From an uncultured archaeon (GTDB lineage: Archaea > Asgardarchaeota > Thorarchaeia > Thorarchaeales > Thorarchaeaceae): a DNA stretch of 32,000 nucleotides. The notes under the pieces are model-generated. The model was given only the letters and a program-made list of their open reading frames with translations, made no database searches and was not told the origin of the DNA. How positions within the stretch are numbered: the first letter of the stretch is position 1; each line of letters starts with the position of its first letter. Below are positions 16,235 to 25,082 of the stretch, one piece after another. The position numbers and the translations under genes are program-made. The stretch lies in NCBI GenBank assembly GCA_964354495.1, contig CAYHAA010000003.1:1-32000 (forward strand). The letters are read 5' to 3'.

Positions 16235-16840
16235 TTGTCAAAGTCCGCTCGGTCCAACAAGAAAGAGAGTAAGGCGAAGAAGACTCCTGGCAAGTCCAGT
16301 CCTGCCTTACCGAAGTCCGCCAAGAGAGCAACTGATTCTAAGACAAGGGGCACTGTCAATGTCAAGAGGACATCGGAAAAGAAATCAACAGACAAGGTAG
16401 CAGGCGAGAAGAAGACATCAAGCAAGACGGCAGAGAAGGCCAAATTCAAGGAGAAAGCAAAAGGCAAAGAGGATGATCATATCCTCAAGGAGCTTCAGAC
16501 AGAAATACGGAGCGAGGATGAACAGGTCGCCCTTGGCGCGGTGGAACGATTGAGTCAGTTGAAGGACTCACGAGCCACGGAAACATTGATTCAAGGGCTG
16601 CATGACCGCAGGCAGATGGTCAGAATTCATGTTGCTGCCCAGCTGGGCGAAAGAAAGGACCCGAAGGCTGTTGACGCACTGATAAGATCACTTGAGGACA
16701 AATCTGTCTTTGTAAGACAGACTGTTGCTGGCGCTCTTGAGAACATAGGCAGCACAAAGGCAAAGAAGGCAGTCAAGAGAATCGAGGAGGAAGGCCTGCT
16801 TCTGGATGAACTTCCAGAAGGACACCGACTGACTGACTAA
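16235..16840 (+). CDS. HEAT-repeat (PBS-lyase-like) protein with Lys/Ser/Thr/Ala-rich N-terminal tail
   Basis: Repeats VRIHVAAQLGERKDPKAVDALI and VRQTVAGALENIG; GAGGAG at 16221-16226 before a TTG start. Confidence 0.8.
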   Translation: MSKSARSNKKESKAKKTPGKSSPALPKSAKRATDSKTRGTVNVKRTSEKKSTDKVAGEKKTSSKTAEKAKFKEKAKGKEDDHILKELQTEIRSEDEQVALGAVERLSQLKDSRATETLIQGLHDRRQMVRIHVAAQLGERKDPKAVDALIRSLEDKSVFVRQTVAGALENIGSTKAKKAVKRIEEEGLLLDELPEGHRLTD

Positions 16841-16933
16841 GAAACTACTTCGGAGTTGACTATGGCATAGCTCCGCTTATATTGTCGGAGTTGCCGTAGT
16901 ACACATAATATCTGAACCCAAGAGCTGACAAAG

Positions 16934-17476
16934 ATGGAACATGAGAAGGAAGTAGCAAAGCTTGAGTCCGCAATTAAGGACCTAGACCTTGATTACATGC
17001 GCGGATGGGTATCAGAAGACGAGTATAAGACTAGGGTAGCAAGCCTTCGACAGCAGCTTAAGAACGTTGGAGAACCGGTTCGGGAGCCTCCAATTGCCAA
17101 GAAAATAGAAGCATCCGAACTGCAATCTGCAAGACTATATCCGCCCACCGTTCAGAAGAAAGCTAGTGTTGATCCCGTCACGGCAGTCCAGAGAACGGTC
17201 CAATCTATGAGAAAGATCCCAATCGAGAGGATATCTCAAGAGTCTGGAGTTCCACCTCAAATTGTCACAAAGATCCTAGCAGACCTTCTTGATGGGCGGG
17301 AGATTTCTGGCAGAATCGACCATGATTCAGGCGATCTCATTCTTGGCACAGGTACAGGACCCGCACCGAAGACAATCCATGGTTGCCCGTATTGTAGGAC
17401 TGACCTAGAACGTGTGGCAGTCAAGGGTGAAACGATCACATGTTCCGTATGCAGAGAATCATTCATAGTCACATAG
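16934..17476 (+). CDS. Hypothetical protein: SHOCT-like helix, PCI-type winged helix, zinc ribbon
   Basis: GWVSEDEYKTRVASL; IPIERISQESGVPPQIVTKILADLLDGREISGRIDH; CPYC..CSVC. Confidence 0.65.
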   Translation: MEHEKEVAKLESAIKDLDLDYMRGWVSEDEYKTRVASLRQQLKNVGEPVREPPIAKKIEASELQSARLYPPTVQKKASVDPVTAVQRTVQSMRKIPIERISQESGVPPQIVTKILADLLDGREISGRIDHDSGDLILGTGTGPAPKTIHGCPYCRTDLERVAVKGETITCSVCRESFIVT

Positions 17477-17504
17477 CATAAGTTTGGTCTGGTGACACGT
17501 CCAT

Positions 17505-18776
17505 ATGGACCTTCTCGAGGCATGTCTACATGCGAATGGTAGGGAGGCAGTGAAAGCTGTCAAATCCCTGCTACCGTCAGTCAGAACATCAGCCATCTGG
17601 GCAATCATTATGCATGCCGCTGCCTGGCATGAAGAACGTACATATGATACATCACATGCCACAATTGCGGTCTATGCCATTCATCGGATGATTGAGAGTC
17701 TCGGTGAGCATTCTGGACTTGTGGCGGATAAGCCAACATCGAGAGCTTTCATTGACCTTCCTGATGAACAGAGAGCTGACCTTCAGGAACTACTGATAGA
17801 GCGATTGGCATACCACCTGGCAGATACTGACCATTGGCGCTTGGAACAAGGACCTAGGTATGATATTGAAACTCGTCTAGACTCCCGAGGGAATGCAGTT
17901 CAAGTCTATGTTCAGTCTATCAGAGAGAGAGTACAGATGAGTGCTCTCAAGGCAGCAGCTGTGCTGGGCGCCGGAGAAGATCAGACTATGCTCATCCGTG
18001 CCACATCTTCGATAGCTGCAGAGGAACCGGACAAGCTTGGTCATACGTTTATCATGCCTATCTCCTTGGTGAGCGAATTGCCTCCCTCAGAATACACCAG
18101 ACCACATATGGCATCATTATGGCACCTCACAGAGTTCTTGGTAAGGAAGATACCATCCAATGCCTCAGATGAATTCGGTATGGACGATAAGATAGGCAAG
18201 TTGGCCAGACCCACTGACCTGTCAACGAATAGAGACCTCTTCACAAACGCTGTGGTAAGTTATGGCACTCTGGGTCATAACGCAATCCTTGCTCACAGAA
18301 TATCTGAAGCAGCGCGGTTAGGACTAGTCAGTACAGAAACAATTCACTGGCTACTGAAGAAGCTTCAGAGAAATATTGGTGCAGACCTGATTAGCGTTGA
18401 AGATCTCACACTTGATAGTCTTGTGACTGGACGGGCTGGCACAGATTGGAGTGTTCTTCCGACAGAGATGGGTCTACCAAGCTCAAAAAAGGTCAGAGAA
18501 TGGTTCTCAGTAGAGTACGGTGATATCTGGGGTGCCATGTTCGACCTCAGGTCATCAACATTCGAGCGCAAGTTGCTCGATATGACTGAGCGGGACTGGC
18601 CGATAATCAGAATGATGCAGTATGTCATGGCTGCTATCACTGGTGATATGGAAGAGCCACATCCGATGATCTTCACTCAAGCTGCCTGGGGGCTCGTTGA
18701 TAATGGGCTCGTGCCAGGACGTCTTGCTGCATTGCAGACCCATAGACTGCTCAGAGAACAGCTGAAGGACAAGTGA
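17505..18776 (+). CDS. Hypothetical all-helical protein with repeated His motifs
   Basis: 423-aa ORF with SHATI, GHTFI, GHNAI and PHPMI at intervals of about 110-120 aa; family not confirmed. Confidence 0.6.
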   Translation: MDLLEACLHANGREAVKAVKSLLPSVRTSAIWAIIMHAAAWHEERTYDTSHATIAVYAIHRMIESLGEHSGLVADKPTSRAFIDLPDEQRADLQELLIERLAYHLADTDHWRLEQGPRYDIETRLDSRGNAVQVYVQSIRERVQMSALKAAAVLGAGEDQTMLIRATSSIAAEEPDKLGHTFIMPISLVSELPPSEYTRPHMASLWHLTEFLVRKIPSNASDEFGMDDKIGKLARPTDLSTNRDLFTNAVVSYGTLGHNAILAHRISEAARLGLVSTETIHWLLKKLQRNIGADLISVEDLTLDSLVTGRAGTDWSVLPTEMGLPSSKKVREWFSVEYGDIWGAMFDLRSSTFERKLLDMTERDWPIIRMMQYVMAAITGDMEEPHPMIFTQAAWGLVDNGLVPGRLAALQTHRLLREQLKDK

Positions 18777-18851
18777 GAGAGCGTGCGTGAAGGGGCGGTG
18801 CCCTCTCACTTGCCCCTGAGATAGGCTATTTGTCACCGTTCATTGTTAGCT

Positions 18852-18947
18852 GGACAGACTTGGACACCTGAGTGCTGTCCGCCCAGAAACGGCACTGGGC
18901 CCGACTCCGTGAGGACATAGTTCGTGCAGCATCATCCTCACAGGAGT
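18852..18947 (-). ncRNA. Candidate structured small RNA (three back-to-back hairpins)
   Basis: Stems at 18852-18880, 18881-18900 and 18904-18947; TATA-like TTATATA at 18968-18962 on the minus strand. No family recognised; strand uncertain. Confidence 0.3.
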
Positions 18948-18991
18948 GCTTTGGACCGGACTATATAAGCACCTGTCCAACTCTGCTCAAG

Positions 18992-20560
18992 TCATTTGCC
19001 GCTCTTGTCACCCTTTCTGTAGGACTCCGCAAGGAGGTCAGGGATGTAGCGCACCTTCATCTTCTCGTCCTTCATCATATCATTGATCTGGATTGTACAG
19101 AATGGACACTCTGTTGCGACCATGTCAGCGCCAGTCGCTAGAATGTACTCCTTCTTGGTGTTGGCAATCTTCTGCGACAGTTCGCGTTGTCCAGCACGGA
19201 CACCACCACCTGCGCCACAGCACCGGTTCTTCATAGGGTCATCGATGTATTTTACTCCAGGAATCATCTTCAGAAGCTCAATCGGCTGGCGGACGACGCC
19301 CTGGCCACGGCCCAGATGACAGGGCTCATGATAGGTGACCTTGAGCTTTATCCTGCCCTTGGGGGGAACTATGTTCTCTTTTCCTATGACGTCCAGCATG
19401 TACTCAGCTAGATCATACACCTTGAATCTCGGTGGCTCACCGCGTTTCTCCTCGATGATGGGGCGATGATCCTCCCGTAGAGTCTTCCCACAACCCGCAC
19501 ATGCAACCACTACGGTATCGAAGTTGTACTTTTCCATTGTATGCTCGAATATCTCAGTGACCCTCTCAACAGCGGCATGAGCTGTCTTGAGATCGCCTGT
19601 CCTAAAGGCAGGACTAGCGCAGCACCACTGCTCCTTTGGCACAATGACATCTATGTGATTACGATTCAGAACTTCAATCAGAGCCTTTCCAGTGTTCTGC
19701 ATTCTGTAGTCGATAAGACAACCCGTGAAGAAGGCGACCCTGCCACGAGGATTATCAACCAAGAATTCCTCGGACGGGATTTCAGCAAGAAGCGGCTTGT
19801 CCTTCTCAGGAACAGATCGCCCAGTCGCATTGATCTGATCAATGAAACCCTGTTGACCCTCTGCAAGAGGATATCCCGCCTCGACAGCCTTTGCTCTTAG
19901 GAGCTCGACTGCAAGCGAAGGAATCCTGATGCTCTTGGGGCAGATGTCCTCACACATCTTACAGGTTGTGCATGTGTAGACCATCTCATTCATTGCCATT
20001 GCAACACGGTCTTCTACATCTCGTGGATCAAGCTCCAATCGTGCCAATTGTCGAATAATCATGGGACCAGGATAGTCCCATGTCTCGTGGACAATAGGAC
20101 AGTTGGATAGGCAGGCGCTGCACTCGATACACTTACGAATCTCACGGACTTTCTCAATCTCTTCGGAGTGGATGATCTCAGGATGTTGAGCTGGTTTGCT
20201 ACGAGCCACATATGGCCGGATTCTGCGGAGACGATAGGAAACCTGAGACATATCGGTGACAAGGTCCTTTATGACCGGCATCTTCTCAAGAGGCTCAAGC
20301 ACAAGCTTCTCATCTGGTTCGACCTTGGTCCGGCACGCAATTCGCGCAGTCTTGTTGACACTTACTGCACAGGAACCACATTGACCACCTCTGCATTCCC
20401 ATCGGAAGGCCAGGCTTGAGTCGTATTTGTCTTGGATGAAAAGGAGTGCATCAAGAACCGTCATCCCAGGTTCGTATTCTACATCGAATTCTTGAAAATA
20501 GGGTTCATCGTCTTTGTCAGGGTTGTATCGGAACACACTCGTCTTGAAAATCTTCGCCAT
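18992..20560 (-). CDS. tfrB: Thiol:fumarate reductase subunit B-like (2Fe-2S, 4Fe-4S dicluster, two CCG domains)
   Basis: CRGGQCGSC..ACRT, CIECSACLSNC, CTTCKMCEDIC, WCCASP, CAGC, HEPCHL, RCCGAGG, CPFC. Confidence 0.85.
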   Translation of the reverse strand: MAKIFKTSVFRYNPDKDDEPYFQEFDVEYEPGMTVLDALLFIQDKYDSSLAFRWECRGGQCGSCAVSVNKTARIACRTKVEPDEKLVLEPLEKMPVIKDLVTDMSQVSYRLRRIRPYVARSKPAQHPEIIHSEEIEKVREIRKCIECSACLSNCPIVHETWDYPGPMIIRQLARLELDPRDVEDRVAMAMNEMVYTCTTCKMCEDICPKSIRIPSLAVELLRAKAVEAGYPLAEGQQGFIDQINATGRSVPEKDKPLLAEIPSEEFLVDNPRGRVAFFTGCLIDYRMQNTGKALIEVLNRNHIDVIVPKEQWCCASPAFRTGDLKTAHAAVERVTEIFEHTMEKYNFDTVVVACAGCGKTLREDHRPIIEEKRGEPPRFKVYDLAEYMLDVIGKENIVPPKGRIKLKVTYHEPCHLGRGQGVVRQPIELLKMIPGVKYIDDPMKNRCCGAGGGVRAGQRELSQKIANTKKEYILATGADMVATECPFCTIQINDMMKDEKMKVRYIPDLLAESYRKGDKSGK

Positions 20561-20573
20561 TCTATTAGCCTCC

Positions 20574-22262
20574 TCATGGTGGTGTAATCTTGGTGATCAC
20601 AAGAGACTCCTTTTGCAGTATCATCTTGCCATCCTCTCCCCTACGAATTACGATGTTGTAGTAACCTTTGTCACTTGGATCAGCATCCACACGATAGTGG
20701 GCCCCTCTACTGCCCTTTCTCAAGGCTGCTGCTTCAGCCACCATCCTTGCTGTAGTGACCATGTGAACAAACTCAATAGCTTGATGCCAGCCCGGATTGA
20801 ACCGCTTCACAGGAACATCGACCTTGATATTGGGAACGACCTCCTCCTCTATTCGGCGGAGCTCTTTGACCGCATACTGCAGATCCTCTTCTTTTCTGAA
20901 GATCTGGATCTTTTCCCACATGAGTTCCGTGAGCTCGCTTCTCGCAGCTGAGGGAGATACTCCTTCCTTTCGGTTGAGCATTGCTTCAAGGCGCTCAAAC
21001 TCCTTCACAATCTCATCACGATTCACACCAAGATGCTTTGTCTTCTTGGCAAACTGTGCGGCACTCTCTCCAGAGATTGCACCGAAGACCTGTGTGTCAG
21101 CTAGCGCATTTCCTCCGAGCCTGTTTCCGCCATGGACACCTCCAGTACATTCACCAGATGCATATAGCCCGGGAATTGTTGTGCCAGCATGTTCATCGAT
21201 CCTGATTCCGCCCATAAAGTGGTGGGCTGTTGGAGATATCAACATGGGCTCATTGCGAATGTCGACACCGGCATCTCCGAATTGCTCAACCATGCTCTCC
21301 AAGCGAAAGTCTATGATTGACTTCGGCAGATGGGCGATACTGAGATAGACGCCACCATCTGGGGTCCCTCGTCCCTCTTGGACCTCAGTCATTATTGACC
21401 GTGTAACTTGGTCACGCCCAGCAAGCTCCATTACTTCTGGATAGTACCGATTCATGAAGCGTTCACCCTTGGTATTGAGGAGTATCCCACCTTCTCCTCG
21501 GACTGCCTCAGTGACCAACCGACCCTTGGCAGACTCTGGTTTGACCATTCCAGTTGGATGGAACTGGATCATCTCCATGTCAATCATGTCACATCCGGCC
21601 TCATAGGCCATGCCATACCCATCGCCGACATCCAGTTGTGCATTGCTTGTGACCTTGTAGATTCGCCCTGCACCGCCGGTGGCCATGACCACGGACTTTG
21701 CGCGAAAGACAAGATAATCACCATATTTCAGGTCCACAGCGCACACACCAGAGATTGTCCCATCAGTCACGAGCAGCTTTGTAGCAAATACCTCATCAAA
21801 GACTCTCACAGATGTCTTTCTGATTGCCTCTGTCAGGGTGACCATGATCTCTGAGCCCGTTCTATCAGAAGCATATGCCGTTCTCCGCCACGTCTGCTTG
21901 CCAAAAGGTCTCTGAGCAATCTTGCCCTCAGGAGTCCTATCAAAGACAGCTCCCATGTCCTCGAGATCGAAGACTCTCTGTGCAGCCTGATTGACTAGAA
22001 TCTCTGCCAGCTTCTGGTTATTGAGATAGTTTCCACCAACGATTGTATCTTTGAAGTGGGTTTCAGGGTTGTCATCTGGGTCTACATTCCCTAGGGATAC
22101 GTTGTATCCGCCCTCAGCCATTGCCGTATGAGCCTTGCCGAGGAGCTCTTTGCTTAGCATGATGACATCAAGATTGTGTTCTGCAGCCTCAATTGCAGCA
22201 CGGCATCCAGCTCCGCCAGCACCTACAACCAGCACATCGCACATAATTGTCTTGTAGTCCAA
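20574..22262 (-). CDS. tfrA: Fumarate reductase/succinate dehydrogenase flavoprotein (TfrA-like)
   Basis: GAGGAG FAD site, AHTAMAEGG, QFHPTG, EAVRGEGG, HHFMGG, HGGNRLGGNAL, SRGAHYR; TTG start with GGAGG upstream. Confidence 0.9.
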   Translation of the reverse strand: MDYKTIMCDVLVVGAGGAGCRAAIEAAEHNLDVIMLSKELLGKAHTAMAEGGYNVSLGNVDPDDNPETHFKDTIVGGNYLNNQKLAEILVNQAAQRVFDLEDMGAVFDRTPEGKIAQRPFGKQTWRRTAYASDRTGSEIMVTLTEAIRKTSVRVFDEVFATKLLVTDGTISGVCAVDLKYGDYLVFRAKSVVMATGGAGRIYKVTSNAQLDVGDGYGMAYEAGCDMIDMEMIQFHPTGMVKPESAKGRLVTEAVRGEGGILLNTKGERFMNRYYPEVMELAGRDQVTRSIMTEVQEGRGTPDGGVYLSIAHLPKSIIDFRLESMVEQFGDAGVDIRNEPMLISPTAHHFMGGIRIDEHAGTTIPGLYASGECTGGVHGGNRLGGNALADTQVFGAISGESAAQFAKKTKHLGVNRDEIVKEFERLEAMLNRKEGVSPSAARSELTELMWEKIQIFRKEEDLQYAVKELRRIEEEVVPNIKVDVPVKRFNPGWHQAIEFVHMVTTARMVAEAAALRKGSRGAHYRVDADPSDKGYYNIVIRRGEDGKMILQKESLVITKITPP

Positions 22263-22438
22263 CTAGGGTCCTCCTGTGGAGCGCACTCCATTGGTGAGCG
22301 GTTCAGCTTGCGTGCTTCGTTTAAGAGTTACTATTGGGATTGAAAACAGCAGGCTGGATGAGAGATTCGTAGCTCGATGATGTAGTCTTGGTTCCAAGCA
22401 TTCTCATTCAAAGGCGAATTTCGGATATTGAGCAAAGG

Positions 22439-22458
22439 GCTTTGATAGCCCTCAAAGC
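22439..22458 (-). terminator. Possible hairpin immediately after the fumarase beta stop codon
   Basis: GCTTTGA-tagccc-TCAAAGC, 7-bp stem. Confidence 0.35.
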
Positions 22459-23067
22459 TCATTGCTTGATTCCTATCTTTGCGTACACGTCAGCTTTTCG
22501 ACTGGCGATGAGCTTGTCCATGTCAGCATGTACGCTATTGCCGTGAGAATCCATCGTTACAAGAAGAGGGCCAAACTCCTTGGCTGTGATGACCCATAAC
22601 GCTTCAGGCATTCCTAAGTCTTGCCACTCATAGGCCCTGACTTCCTTCAGACCCTTTGCCGCCAATGCGCCGCAGCCTCCTGTATAGCTACAATAGGCTG
22701 CTCCGACCTCCTTCAAGGCGCCGAGAGTCTTTGGACCCATTCCACCCTTACCGACAATAATCCGAGCCTTATACTTCCTGAGAAACTCATCCTCGAAGAG
22801 CTCCATCCTACGGCTTGTGGTAGGGCCAGCCGAAACAATCACCCATTTGCCTTTCTTCTGCCAGGCTATTGGGCCAACATGATATACAACGCTTCCCTCA
22901 AAGTCGACCGGAGGTTTCTCTCCCTTCTCGAACATCTTTAGCGCTCGTTCATGAGCTTCATCGCGAGCAGTATAAACGTGCTTGCCGGAAATATACACAA
23001 CATCCCCGACCTTGAGCTTTCGAGCGTCGGCTTCAGTGATTGGTGTGGTCAGATGATATTCAGCCAT
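22459..23067 (-). CDS. Class I fumarate hydratase / tartrate dehydratase beta subunit
   Basis: LKVGDVVYISG, TARDEAHER, SAGPTTSRRM, IVGKGGMG, DLGMPEALW, MDSHGNS. Confidence 0.92.
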   Translation of the reverse strand: MAEYHLTTPITEADARKLKVGDVVYISGKHVYTARDEAHERALKMFEKGEKPPVDFEGSVVYHVGPIAWQKKGKWVIVSAGPTTSRRMELFEDEFLRKYKARIIVGKGGMGPKTLGALKEVGAAYCSYTGGCGALAAKGLKEVRAYEWQDLGMPEALWVITAKEFGPLLVTMDSHGNSVHADMDKLIASRKADVYAKIGIKQ

Positions 23068-23068
23068 T

Positions 23069-23956
23069 CTACTTACCCTCCAATGGATGCGTCACATAGG
23101 TGACCTTCAAGTCTTTCGAGATTATTGCTTTGCTCTGCCGTGCTGCCCAACATTGCACAGCAACTCCTACCGGTAGACTGGCAGGATGTCGCATGGCGTA
23201 GTCAACCTTCACACCAAGCACTGTCGTGTCTCCACCTAGCCCCATGGGACCGATACCAGAGGAGTTGATTGCATCCATGAGTTCTTGCTCGATCTTTGCC
23301 ACCTCGGGTTCCGGATGTCTGTCATTCAGGGGACGAAGGAGCTGCTGTTTGGCGATCTTGATTGCGATATCAGATCCACCGCCGATTCCCACGCCAATGA
23401 TGTTTGGCGCACAGGCCTCACCCATATAGCTCATCACATTGTCTACTACAAGTTTCTTTACACCCTTGAGGCCGACCCCGGGCTTGAGCATGCCAACAAT
23501 AGACACATTCTCACTACCCCCGCCCTTTGGAAATGCTGTCACTTCGAGTGAGTCGCCATCTGTAATCTCCCAATTAATCCAAGGAATCTTCACACCTGTG
23601 TTGTCACCGGAGTTGCCTCCTGCAATTGGATTCACCGCATTGGGGCGAAGAGGAACCTCAGCTGTTGCCTTCCGAACTGCCTCTTCAATTGCATTCTTGA
23701 TCTCGCCAATAAAGGGGAACTTATGCCCCACCTTGACGTAAAAAATCATGATTCCCGTGTCTTGGCACATTGGAATCCCAGCCTCAGCAATCTCGATATT
23801 GGTGAGAATAGCTGATAGCTGGGTCTTCGCCATCTTGTTTGTTTCACGCTCTGCAGCCGCCTGCAGCGCCTCCTTCACATCCTTTGGGAGCTCCGTGGCA
23901 GCTTTCTTGAGCAGACGAAATGTCGTATCATGAATTACTTGGTATGGATCTTGCAT
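23069..23956 (-). CDS. Class I fumarate hydratase / tartrate dehydratase alpha subunit (Fe-S)
   Basis: PMCQDTG, PKGGGSEN, ACAPNIIGVGIGG, GIGPMGLGG, HPASLPV..CWAAR. Start placed at ATG 23956 rather than the ORF-track 23992. Confidence 0.92.
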   Translation of the reverse strand: MQDPYQVIHDTTFRLLKKAATELPKDVKEALQAAAERETNKMAKTQLSAILTNIEIAEAGIPMCQDTGIMIFYVKVGHKFPFIGEIKNAIEEAVRKATAEVPLRPNAVNPIAGGNSGDNTGVKIPWINWEITDGDSLEVTAFPKGGGSENVSIVGMLKPGVGLKGVKKLVVDNVMSYMGEACAPNIIGVGIGGGSDIAIKIAKQQLLRPLNDRHPEPEVAKIEQELMDAINSSGIGPMGLGGDTTVLGVKVDYAMRHPASLPVGVAVQCWAARQSKAIISKDLKVTYVTHPLEGK

Positions 23957-24071
23957 GTGATCAACTTCTGAAAAGGGTAATTGGGGTTCCAAGTGTGTTC
24001 CCCGTTGTGCCTCAGTCTGCGGCGCAGCTGTTAATCTGTGTTACTGTCGTACCACGGCGACTATATACGAT

Positions 24072-24596
24072 ATGATGCGCTACAGTACGAGAGGAGATGA
24101 GCACCGGATGGTTCTGGAGATCACAATCCCTTCGATCCTGTCTTTTGTTGTGACAACAACGCTATTGCTCATCTATGCAGTGCTTGATCTGCGCACACGC
24201 CTTGTTCCTAACCGAGTAATGATTGTAGGCGGGCTCACTGGGCTCGTCATTATCATCCTCACAGGTCATCTAGTCGACCAAGTGCTTCTGCACCTTTCAG
24301 CAAGCGTGTTCATGATCTTTGTGGCATATTTGCTCTTTCGGACAGGTGCGTTTGGAGGAGCTGACGTGAAGGCCGTGGTCACAGTAGCTATAGTGAGCCC
24401 CGGAATAGAGTTTGCAAGCTGGTCAAATCCTATACTTGAGGGCGTTCTAGGTTCAGGACTGCTTCTACTAGCTGTTCTTCTTGGTGCGTACCTCTTCTCT
24501 CGATATAGACCGAAGGAAGAGGGTGCAAGGGTCACTCCACTTGTTCCAATGGTACTAGCTGCATACATCCTGCTACAGCTTCTTGCAGTAGCTTAA
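24072..24596 (+). CDS. Peptidase A24 (prepilin/class III signal peptidase-like) membrane aspartic protease
   Basis: AVLDLRTRLVPN (first Asp), GAFGGADVK (GxGD-like second Asp), C-terminal PLVPMV; multiple TM segments. Confidence 0.8.
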   Translation: MMRYSTRGDEHRMVLEITIPSILSFVVTTTLLLIYAVLDLRTRLVPNRVMIVGGLTGLVIIILTGHLVDQVLLHLSASVFMIFVAYLLFRTGAFGGADVKAVVTVAIVSPGIEFASWSNPILEGVLGSGLLLLAVLLGAYLFSRYRPKEEGARVTPLVPMVLAAYILLQLLAVA

Positions 24597-24652
24597 TCGA
24601 TACGGTTCTGTGAAGTCCCTCAGCGTCTGCTAGCAGGTCCTAGAGTCTGTGA

Positions 24653-25003
24653 CTATAGCGTACTGATGATATCAGCAGGAATAGTGAACGCGTATAGAAT
24701 GGTCCATAGTACAACCCACAGCATGAGGTATGAGAAGAGTGAGTTTGTGATCATCTTCTGCATGCCCCCCAGTTTCTTTGGCTCAACGTCCAAAAGATAT
24801 CGAATGACATACAGACTCAGGATGTATATCAAGAAACCGAGCATGACACCTCTCGTGCCAGCAAGGACTTGCCCCCCAATTCCACAGATCAGTGCGCTGA
24901 TGATTGCAAAGAACATCTTGACATAGTACTGCAGGTCATTTGGCGACTGAGCCCATTTGCCAAACAAGCGGTTGAAGAAGTTCTTCAGCGGGGTAAGGTC
25001 CAT
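24653..25003 (-). CDS. EMC6/Rab5ip (OPTI)-like three-TM protein
   Basis: YYVKMFFAIISALICG, GTRGVMLGF, DVEPKKLGG..ITNSLFSYLMLWVVLWTILY follows the layout I recall for the EMC6/RAB5IF family. Confidence 0.7.
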   Translation of the reverse strand: MDLTPLKNFFNRLFGKWAQSPNDLQYYVKMFFAIISALICGIGGQVLAGTRGVMLGFLIYILSLYVIRYLLDVEPKKLGGMQKMITNSLFSYLMLWVVLWTILYAFTIPADIISTL

Positions 25004-25082
25004 TATCGCTCACCGGTCCAATAAACGGTGGTGCAATCGACTATGTTATAATCATGTCGGTCTGTTGGCAAGGCGAAATGAA

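Noticed and set aside
18774-18947. SECIS element or selenocysteine read-through of the TGA stops at 18774-18776 and 18992-18994
   Set aside because: The hairpins lack the tandem GA quartet or GAA/A motif, and read-through gives no redox-motif context.
18852-18947. H/ACA guide RNA or 5S rRNA
   Set aside because: No ACA box after each hairpin, no clear K-turn, and no 5S consensus beyond a short CCGTGAGG match.
22371-22433. C/D-box sRNA (GCTC-GATGATG...TTGAGC)
   Set aside because: C and D boxes are imperfect and no C'/D' boxes are recognisable.
24957-25082. 42-aa N-terminal extension of RqcH in the ORF track
   Set aside because: It overlaps the divergent EMC6-like gene; the family-like N-terminus begins at MKDSMSNID (25083).
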